Shown: positions 1 to 9,800 of the stretch, piece by piece
Layout: each line of letters starts with the position of its first letter
How positions within the stretch are numbered: the first letter of the stretch is position 1
Assembly (NCBI GenBank): GCA_032718475.1
Contig: JAUCBJ010001250.1
Span: 1 to 44,150, forward strand
DNA length: 44,150 nt
Direction: 5' to 3'
From: Nemertoderma westbladi
Lineage: Eukaryota > Animalia > Xenacoelomorpha
Made by a program: the position numbers and the translations under genes
Notes under the pieces: model-generated
What the model saw: only the letters and a program-made list of their open reading frames with translations
Databases searched by the model: none
What the model was told of the DNA's origin: nothing

Positions 1-1399
1 CGGTTCTATGCCTCTATCTGAGTCGCAGATCGTTACATCTAATAAACTGTCTGACAGGTTCTGCTTAGTATCAGACATGTTTATGTGTACAGTTGAATGT
101 CTACTGCTGTATTACAGTCTGAGCAAGTCTAGTAACGCAGTATTAACTGCTAGCCTAGTAATTAATTACCGGTACTGCTACTCAGTGTAGCGTGATATAT
201 ATAATATATTAGAATACCGGTATGCTTATAGTATATATAACTATTATTACAGACTAGGTTTATCACAGAATACCGGTATAATTTTAGCACAAATATATAT
301 AAATATATAATAGGCCTATCTGGAATACCGGTATACAGCTTACAGTTTTGTAGTATATATAATTATAATTCTGGACTAGAATTAATTATAAAGTACCGGT
401 ATAATTTCAGCCTAAATTTATAGAAATAAAGATAATAGGCCTATCGTAAATACCAGTATATCAATTATTTTAAATAATTGAATTTCTGAATTTTAGGGTT
501 ACTTGGTTACTTTACTTACTTTATTACCGTTTTTTGAGCAGTAATCCAACTGATATTGAGACCTAATGGTTGTATGGTAGGCCTACTATTTCTAAATCGT
601 TAGATTTGATTTATAATATATATATACCCGTTTTAATGGGTTTTGTCAATGTTTGAAATAAATGTTATTATTTCTGGGGAGTAATCACTACACAAAGCGG
701 TGCGCTTTCAGTGAAGTGTTACTTATAGGACACTAAAACAAATAATACTAATTTACCTAAGTTACTTAATACTACAAATTACGTACAATTCGGGTGAGAT
801 TACAATCTCTAAATAAACACAAAAATTTACAAAACACAAAATACGAATTTTCAGGGTAATTTTACAAGAAGTCTACAAACCAGCCTAACAAAGGGTTAGA
901 AATCTGGTTATTACAACGGACAGGGTACTGCGGTATTTGAAAATAATAAGTAGTAGTAAATACACTGCGTTGTCCAGATAGGAAAATACCACCGCCTGAC
1001 GACCTATAGCCGTATCGCTATAGGCACTACTTTATGTATCACGGAGTGTTCCTACCTAGAAGTTAATAGAGCTAATCGAACGTGCCTATCAACCACTTTA
1101 CAACACAAATATAATGCCTACACTAATTACTCTCGGAAAGCACTGTACACTAAACCCTAAATTAGGTACGAGTACTTGTACAACATATAATCAGTAGTTA
1201 AATATACTTGAACAGCTAAAAGAACCACGGCATCTGCTGGAGTGACCGGTGCACAAAATCACCAGTCTTTACCTACGCCAAGCAGCCCGTGTAGTACCGG
1301 GGTTAATTTAACTATAGCGGTATGTATAACAAACACAATTATTGTAGGAACAAACTTGGGGAATGAATGTTGCGAATAATCGCATAAACTCTGAATAAT

Positions 1400-1970
1400 A
1401 AATATTACGCTACGCGTACAAACCACTCAAACAAAATGCAGACCAAACACTGACAGACTACTATCAAGCCTAAATAAACTACAGGACATGCAGACTCCGA
1501 AATGATTAGGTAGTATGCGTTCTAACCCAGTAGTACGACTTATTCTTTAGTTGGGGGTTTACCTTACAGCATTGGCTGCCCCTACTTCCTAACCGTTCTT
1601 TATCGGACAGAGGCTCTACACACACTGCAATCCGTTCAGACCTAATAACAGCCAGACAACTATCCAGCCTACAAATTATCTAAATAAATATTATACGCTA
1701 CCCGTACAGACTTACACAAACAAAGTACAGACTAAACGATGGCAGACTACTCTCAAGCCTAAATAAACTACAGGACATGCAGACTCCGAAATGATTAGGT
1801 AGTATGCGTTCTAACCCAGTAGTACGACTTATTCTTTAGTTGGGGGTTTACCTTACAGCATTGGCTGCCCCTACTTCCTAACCGTTCTTTATCGGACAGG
1901 TGATCTACACACACTGCAATCCGTTCAGACTTAACAACAATCAGACAACAGCTCAGCCTACAAATTGTCT
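1400..1970. repeat. Tandem dimer with a period of about 289 bp
   Basis: Block starting caagcctaaataaactacagg and ending ttatcggacag begins at 1465 and again at 1754, near-identical for about 145 bp; flanking parts of the units are diverged, so the ends are approximate. Confidence 0.85.
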
Positions 1971-3440
1971 GTACAATCTGATCAGGCTTACACGCCTTCT
2001 GTTCAATACTGGCCTACAAACAAATAAAACTTGACAGAAATAAGTAAAAATCTCAATAAAAAACCAGGGCGGGCCCTCCCTGATTAATTATTAAGGCCTA
2101 CCGGTATATAATTATCAAAATCGAATAATACTGCTGTACCTGTACTGCTGTAGGTACCGGTCCGGGTGGTTAGGTAGTCAGGCCTACTGGGTACCGGTTG
2201 CCGGTACTTCCGCTTTATTGCCTACTGCAATACAGAAGCAATATCCGTTATTGTTCGCGCTTTCAGACCTTTGGCAGTTTAACCCGCCAAATTAGGATGT
2301 CTTCTAGATAATAAATCACTTTTAGCCTCTGACAAGTATTTGATTCACTACACTAGTCGAAACCAATCGGTGCGCGATCATTCACCCGCTGGATATACCC
2401 GGGAGATTGGGTTCGACGGCTTAATCGTATTGCTATGTAAGCCTAATGTATTATTCGACTGACAGTATTATATAATCTCTGACAATATTATTCACCTTCG
2501 GGGAATATTAACAGTTCCTTTAGGACGTGGCGCTCTATCTATATAAACAGAGTTATGACTTAAACTACTCACAACGATATGGCTTAGTTACAATTCACAT
2601 ATATGGCGCATTCTTTAGGAAATGCTTCGTTATCAGTCTCACTCATACACAATGCTGCACAATACTGCACACTGCTCTGCCGATCTTCACTGATTTTAGT
2701 CACATATAAAAGGAACACGGACCGAATCATGTAGGGTCTATCAAATAACATTAGATTCACTTCAAACCACTTTAACATAAGTCACAATCGTTATATGTAA
2801 CCTTTCTCTCTTACCTTCGGTATATCAAGAATATTGGGTTTTCGGGGTTATTTATCGTTATTCCAAATATAATAATTCATCAACCATATTATGAAGAACC
2901 GACAGTAAATAGCAGTATAACAATATAAAAGTATGCACAGGTTGTTTGATTAGGTATGGTAAGTTATGTTATGTTATGATAACGGATATATGTCCTTATA
3001 ATTAAGCCTACTAGTGTAAGGCTAAAAACTGAAAACACGGAGGTGCCAAAAGCCGGTTCTTAGGCTCTGGGCAAAAACATAACACTGAACTACTGAGCCT
3101 CTGTATACACCTCCAACACAGAGACAACAAACGCTCTGATTGGTCAACCGAACAACGAGAGAACAAAGAAACAAAGAAACGTCGACGTGGCAATATCAGC
3201 TGTTAGCCATCGTCATGGTAGCGACACTGTTTTCAAGAGTATCTAGCTTATCGCGTCACGAGATTGTGGATTATGTCCTCTAAAGTACAAATACAGTACA
3301 AATACATAAGAAATGACTTTTATGTCCTCTAAAACACCAGTACAGCAAGGACACGGCCTTTTTATGCCTGACAAACCAACTACAGAGTACTTTAAGGGAA
3401 AATAACCGGTTAATGACGCAAAAGCTTTTACATTGGTACA

Positions 3441-4475
3441 GAAGTAAATTTTCTGGATTTGACTATTTTTATTGATGACAGTGGATACATCCAAACTAAA
3501 AATTATCACAAGCCTATGGACGTACATCAGTATTTGTGTCCTTCAAGCGCACATCCACGTTCACAGATTCAAAACATCCCTTATGGTGTAGCTTTACGCT
3601 TGCGCAGGAATTGTAGTTTAGAATCAGATCTTTTTTCTAGTCTCATTGAGTATGGTTCTGCATTTGTCGCGAGAGGCTGGGATGAGAAAATTGTTGCTCA
3701 ACAATTTGCTTCTGCAGCAGTCAGTACGCAGTTTCAGGCCCTTAAAGTAAAAAAAGACAAGCCTAGAAAGAATAAAAAGAAACAACTTTTCTATGTACAC
3801 AATAATGACCCTCTATTACCTAACCCCAAGGTGATTATTTCAAAACATTCCACAATTCTAGATGAACATTCAATGACAAAATCTTTTTGGAATAGTCATA
3901 AATTGGAAGTTGTAACTCGCCGCGCACCAACCTTAAAGAATATCCTTGCGCCATCCAGACTGAGGTGTACAAGGGAACTTTCACCTTGTGATTTTCTAGG
4001 AGTTCATAAATGTGACAGAGCGGCATGTGTCCCCTGTAAAGTATTATTACCTTTAAAATATGTCAGCTCAACAACTAACAAAAGCCACAGGGTTTATATA
4101 AAGAATGATTTATCTTGCAATGCTAAAAATGTTATTTATGTGGTGACTTGCCTTAAATGTAACTTATTTGGTATCGGTTCAACAGAGGACTTAAAGCCTA
4201 GGATAGCCAACTACAAGACAAAGATAATTAATGACAAACCATCGACTGCCATCGACAGACATTTTACTACCTCGGGTCATTCTTACAATGCACACTTCAG
4301 AATTACACCATTTGATTGTCTACCGATCTCAGCAAACAAAAAACAGAACCGACAAAAACTCAGAATTAAAGAGGGAGAATGGCAGTGCCGGTTGGAAACT
4401 TTACAACCAATGGGTTTGAATGTTCTCAACGAGGCGGTGATCAATAACTTTGGACTTGATGTTTTCAATCCTTAA
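3441..4475 (+). pseudogene. Partial PLE ORF: RT C-terminus/thumb, Cys linker and GIY-YIG endonuclease
   Basis: EVNFLDLTI (from 3441), YHKPMDVHQYL, SAHP, IPYGVALRLRRNCS, CDRAACVPC, NVIYVVTCLKC-FGIGST-R, and C-terminal EGEWQCRLETLQPMGLN. The RT catalytic core is absent. Confidence 0.85.
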
Positions 4476-4568
4476 GAATTATAAAGATTAAAGATTCACA
4501 GATTTAACAAACTCATTAGTTGCTAGGGTAGTATTATTATTTGTAGTGCATTAATTCTAGAATATCGT

Positions 4569-4608
4569 TTATTTGAAAAAGATAGAGAGAGCTATCGAAA
4601 GCTAATAA
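4569..4608 (+). ncRNA. Putative minimal type I hammerhead ribozyme, copy 1 (U3-A8 core variant)
   Basis: Stem I TTAT(4569-72)/ATAA(4605-08); core TTGAAAA plus one A; stem II GATAG/CTATC with loop AGAGAG; GAAA; palindromic AGCT stem III; predicted cleavage after CUA at 4604. Confidence 0.7.
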
Positions 4609-4645
4609 TAATAAAAAAATAAATTTTTAGTGATTGATCATATAT

Positions 4646-4724
4646 AAAAAAAAAAAAAAAATAAAAAAAAAAAAAATAAAAAAAAAAAAAAAAATAAAAA
4701 AAAAAAAATAAAAAAAAAAAAAAA
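4646..4724 (+). repeat. Poly(A) tract with periodic T, between 86-bp direct repeats
   Basis: Direct repeats at 4559-4644 and 4726-4811; AATAAA at 4610 and 4618 upstream of the tract. Confidence 0.9.
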
Positions 4725-4735
4725 GAGAATATCGT

Positions 4736-4775
4736 TTATTTGAAAAAGATAGAGAGAGCTATCGAAAGCTAATAA
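4736..4775 (+). ncRNA. Putative minimal type I hammerhead ribozyme, copy 2
   Basis: Identical to copy 1, offset by 167 bp. Confidence 0.7.
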
Positions 4776-5655
4776 TAATAAAAAAATAAATTTTTAGTGA
4801 TTGATCATATAAGTTGTCACTTTTTGAAATCTTAAAATATTATTATACTAAAACAACTTGATCTCACACCCTACAGTCATATTCCCTAACTTTCTTTACT
4901 TAATTTAAACTTATATAATTATTTATATATATATTATTTATATATATATTATTATTTATTATTTCGATTATTGCGATTATATCCATTAATTTACCGGTAG
5001 TGTTTGTATACATATCATCTTCAACCAAGTGTTTTGCTGTGTTACCCAAGTACTACCGATAGAAAAGGCCTATGTTACTCTTAGGTGGTTGATTGTATTT
5101 ATTATCCAGTAGTACGTTGTGTTCAACGTAGTTGAGATTTAACTATCTGCTATATAGCATTGAGTTACCTATTGAGCGATTATTATAATATCAAGAAACA
5201 TCAACTCTATTTCTCTGATGTAGGCCAGTCCCAGTGATAATATCAAACCCTCGACCGGGATTTCTATCCTAAGATCGGCTTATAGTGTTCTATATGTTTG
5301 TTGGGACATTAGAGTGTGGACCTCATACCCAATGACTTTTTAAATTTGTTGCATTATGTCTGGTGTAATTATTACTGGGAGGAAATCTTGTTAAGTACAG
5401 TGTAGTAGTGTCCACCCTTTATCTTAGGGTGGCAGCTATCGAAAGAGGAGCCTTTTATATTACTCGTTATTTACCATATTATATATGATATATAATGCTA
5501 CTGTATATTATACTCTATGTTATAAATAAATAAATAGTAAACCGATGTTGGCCCATTAAGAGTGACATTATTACATATAGAAATTATTACAGATCAGTTA
5601 GCCTTTCCAAGAGAAACTGATTATTTAGCCCTTCCAACATTGGTTACAGAACAGA

Positions 5656-6120
5656 TCAGTTAGATCGTCCGATAATTCCTCCCCCCATTCGGGCACCCGA
5701 ATGACCAGATGTGTGACTATCTGAGTGACTGCCCTGACCAAAATCATCAGCGTGATTGTGCACCACAAGAGTTCGACCAATCACACTATTCTTGCCGCGC
5801 AGTTTCACCAAGTGATCGCTGATCTCCACTTTAGCGACTCCATCGGGCCCAGTATGTACGTTACCAAGATCGCCAACGTGCCGATCTTCGTCTTTAGGGC
5901 CGCCGTGTTTCTTACCGAATGGGTTGTAGTGATTACCGGTGCTCGTAAACCCCCCGGACAGGTTACCGAACTCGTGTATGTGCAGTCCGTGGTCTCCTTC
6001 CTCTAGACCCCTGATCTCCCCCACGATACTTACGCTGTGTCGCGATTTCTGTTTGAAATAAAGCGTCCCAGATATTCCATCATCACCACAAAGAACACAA
6101 ACTGCTTCAGTAACCCTCAT
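5656..6120 (-). CDS. SOD1: Divergent Cu/Zn superoxide dismutase paralog (154 aa from ATG at 6120) lacking both disulfide cysteines
   Basis: [39 protein letters not shown] and GAR motifs; all Cu/Zn ligands present. The ORF-track start at 6141 is TTG; first ATG is at 6120. Confidence 0.93.
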   Translation of the reverse strand: MRVTEAVCVLCGDDGISGTLYFKQKSRHSVSIVGEIRGLEEGDHGLHIHEFGNLSGGFTSTGNHYNPFGKKHGGPKDEDRHVGDLGNVHTGPDGVAKVEISDHLVKLRGKNSVIGRTLVVHNHADDFGQGSHSDSHTSGHSGARMGGGIIGRSN

Positions 6121-6867
6121 TGCAACATCAGGTATTAACAACGTTAAATTAAAATAAAACCTGTAAATGGTATTTGTTAGTTGACACGGGGTGTGTCTCG
6201 TACAATCTTACAGCTACAGTAGCATTATAATACGATTATTTTACTAAATAATTATCTAAAGTTTAAACGTTCAAATTTCGGGAATTTTGACTAAATTATT
6301 GAACCCAAATTTAAAACAAAATTAGCTGTTTGATTTCATAAAACTTTTCTTTCAATTAATTTATAAAAAGTCCACTGATTTCGGTAAACCTAATAAATAC
6401 AAAGCCAACGCATTTTACATTTTAATATAAATTACCTTTCCTTACATATAAATAGCAGTGTATGCTTCGTACTTGATTAATTAAGAGTTTGATATCTTAT
6501 TAATATTAATAACAATATACGTTATGAGATTCATAGAGACAATGCCACTTCCTTTCCTTCATACTCCCAGGAAACTATGCTGCACAATAATCCGCAACTA
6601 TCGATCCTAAATGACACTGTTGATGCCAAGGATGTACTAACAGCACGGATGACGTGTGAATTCAAACAACCAGTAAAATTGTCGCACAATTTCGCCAGAT
6701 CATAAATATTCCTTGTTATTAAATATAATTTATTTGATACTGTAACTATTTAATCATTTTAGGCGCAAACATTTATCATTTATAAAGTCTAAAGGAATAC
6801 CTACAGAGCATTGTAATAGTATAGTAACTTTTAATGATATCGTTATCATTTTTCAATAAAATATATA

Positions 6868-9800
6868 CAGTGCTCGGTGGTCTGTGTCAGTGCTCGGTAG
6901 TCTGTGTCAGTGCTCGGTAGTCTGTGTCAGTGCTCGGTAGTCTGTGTCAGTGCTCGGTAGTCTGTGCCAGTGCTCGGTAGTCTGTGTCAGTGCTCGGTAG
7001 TCTGTGTCAGTGCTCGGTAGTCTGTGTCAGTGCTCGGTAGTCTGTGCCAGTGCTCGGTAGTCTGTGTAAGTGCTCGGTAGTCTGTGTCAGGGCTCGGTAG
7101 TCTGTGTCAGTGCTCGGTAGTCGGTGTCAGTGCTCGGTAGTCTGTGCCAGTGCTCGGTAGTCTGTGTAAGTGCTCGGTAGTCTGTGTCAGTGCTCGGTAG
7201 TCTGTGTCAGTGTGCTCGGTGGTCTGTGTCAGTGCTCGGTAGTCTGTGTCAGTGCTCGGTAGTCTGTGCCAGTGCTCGGTAGTCTGTGTCAGTGCTCGGT
7301 AGTCTGTGTCAGTGCTCGGTAGTCTGTGTCAGTGCTCGGTAGTCTGTGCCAGTGCTCGGTAGTCTGTGTAAGTGCTCGGTAGTCTGTGTCAGTGCTCGGT
7401 AGTCTGTGCCAGTGCTCGGTAGTCTGTGTAAGTGCTCGGTAGTCTGTGTCAGTGCTCGGTAGTCTGTGTCAGTGCTCGGTAGTCTGTGTCAGTGCTCGGT
7501 AGTCTGTGCCAGTGCTCGGTAGTCTGTGTAAGTGCTCGGTAGTCTGTGTCAGTGCTCGGTAGTCTGTGTCAGTGCTCGGTACTCTGTGTCAGTGCTCGGT
7601 AGTCTGTGTCAGTGTTCGGTAGTCTGTGTCAGTGCTCGGTAGTCTGTGTCAGTGCTCGGTAGTCGGTGTCAGTGCGCGGTAGTCTGTGCCAGTGCTCGGT
7701 AGTCTGTGCCAGTGCTCGGTAGTCTGTGTCAGTGCCCGGTAGTCTGTGTCAGTGCTCGGTAGTCTGTGTCAGTGCTCGGTAGTCTGTGTCAGTTCTCGGT
7801 AGTCTGTGTCAGTGCTCGGTAGTCTGTGTCAGTGCTCGGTAGTCTGTGTCAGTGCTCGGTAGTCTGTGTCAGTGCGCGGTAGTCTGTGTTAGTGCTCGGT
7901 AGTCTGTGTCAGTGCTCGGTAATCTGTGTCAGTGCGCGGTAGTCTTGTGTTAGTGCTCGGTAGTCTGTGTCAGTGCTCGGTAGTCTGTGTCAGTGCTCGG
8001 TAGTCTGTGTCAGTGCTCGGTAGTCTGTGTTAGTGCTCGGTAGTCTGTGTCAGCGCTCGGTAGTCTGTGCCAGTGCTCGGTAGTCGGTCTCAGTGCGCGG
8101 TAGTCTGTGCCAGTGCTCGGTAGTCTGTGTCGGTGCTCGGTAGTCGGTGTCAGTGCCCGGTAGTCTGTGTCAGTGCGCGGTAGTCTGTGTCAGTGCTCGG
8201 TAGTCTGTGTCACTGCTCGGTAGTCTGTGCCAGTGCTCGGTAGTCCGTGTCAGTGCTCGGTAGTCTGTGTCAGTGCTCGGTAGTCGGTGTCAGTGCTCGG
8301 TAGTCTGTGTCAGTGCTCGGTAGTCTGTGTCAGTGCTCGGTAGTCGGTGTCAGTGCTCGGTAGTCTGTGTCAGTGCGCGGTAGTCTGTGTTAGTGCTCGG
8401 TAGTCTGTGTCAGTGCTCGGTAGTCTGTGTCAGTGCGCGGTAGTCTGTGTTAGTGCTCGGTATTCTGTGTCAGTGCTCGGTAGTCTGTGTCAGTGCTCGG
8501 TAGTCTGTGTCAGTGCTCGGTAGTCTGTGTCAGTGCTCGGTAGTCTGTGTCAGTGCTCGGTAGTCGGTGTCAGTGCGCGGTAGTCTGTGTTAGTGCTCGG
8601 TAGTCTGTGTCAGTGCTCGGTAGTCTGTGTTAGGGCGCGGTAGTCTGTGTTCGTGCTCGGTAGTCTGTGTCAGTGCTCGGCAGTCTGTGCCAGTGCTCGG
8701 TAGTCTGTGTCAGTGCTCGGTAGTCTGTGTCAGTGCTCGGTAGTCTGTGTCAGTGCTCGGTAGTCTGTGTCAGTGCTCGGTAGTCGGTGTCAGTGCGCGG
8801 TAGTCTGTGTTAGTGCTCGGTAGTCTGTGTCAGTGCTCGGTAGTCTGTGTCAGTGCGCGGAAGTCTGTGTTAGTGCTCGGTAGTCTGTGTCAGTGCTCGG
8901 TAGTCTGTGTCAGTGCTCGGTAGTCTGTGTCAGTGCTCGGTAGTCTGTGTCAGTGCTCGGTAGTCTCTGTCAGTGCTCGGTAGTCTGTGTCAGTGCTCGG
9001 TAGTCTGTGTCAGTGCTCGGTAGTCTGTGTCAGTGCGCGGTAGTCTGTGTTAGTGCTCGGTAGTCTGTGTCAGTGCTCGGTAGTCTGTGGCAGTGCGCGG
9101 TAGTCTGTGTTAGTGCTCGGTAGTCTGTGTCAGTGCTCGGTAGTCTGTGTCAGTGCTCGGTAGTCTGTGTCAGTGCTCGGTAGTTTGTGTCAGTGCTCGG
9201 TAGTCTGTGTCAGTGCTCGGTAGTCGGTGTCAGTGCGCGGTAGTCTGTGTTAGTGCTCGGTAGTCTGTGTCAGTGCTCGGTAATCTGTGTCAGTGCGCGG
9301 TAGTCTGTGTCAGTGCTCGGTAGTCTGTGTCAGTGCTCGGTAGTCTGTGTCAGTGCTCGGTAGTCTGTGTCAGTGCTCGGTAGTCTGTGTCAGTGCTCGG
9401 AAGTCTGTGTCAGTGCTCGGTAGTCTGTGTCAGTGCTCGGTAGTCTGTGTCAGTGCGCGGTAGTCTGTGTTAGTGCTCGGTGGTCTGTGTCAGTGCTCGG
9501 TAGTCTGTCAGTGTTCGGTACTCTGTGCCAGTGCTCGGTAGTCTGTGTCAGTGCTCGGTACTCTGTGTCAGTGCTCGGTAGTCTGTGTCAGTGCTCGGTA
9601 GTCGGTGTCAGTGCGCGGTAGTCTGTGTTAGTGCTCGGTAGTCTGTGTCAGTGCTCGGTAGTCTGTGTCAGTGCTCGGTAGTCTGTGTCAGTGCTCGGTA
9701 GTCTGTGTCAGTGCTCGGTAGTCTGTGTTAGTGCTCGGTAGTCTGTGTCAATGCTCGGTAGTCTGTGTTAGTGCTCGGTAGTCTGTGTCAGTGCTCGGTA

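Larger units (their letters stand above)
3420..4811 (+). mobile_element. Penelope-like retroelement (Neptune-like), 5'-truncated
   Basis: RT thumb followed by a C-terminal GIY-YIG endonuclease, then a 3' region with hammerhead-like motifs. An in-frame stop at 3414 marks the truncation; the 3' limit is uncertain. Confidence 0.85.

Noticed and set aside
5210-5450. Additional hammerhead (CTGATG at about 5215, CTATCGAAAG at about 5436)
   Set aside because: The core reads CUGAUGU and I could not build stems I and III.
5656-6120. Copper chaperone CCS or pseudogene call for the divergent SOD
   Set aside because: No ATX1-like domain or C-terminal CxC, H120 is retained, and the ORF is intact.
6866-6880. 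Tc1-like terminus TA-CAGTGC at the satellite start
   Set aside because: No matching GCACTG-TA inverted end was found downstream of the array.
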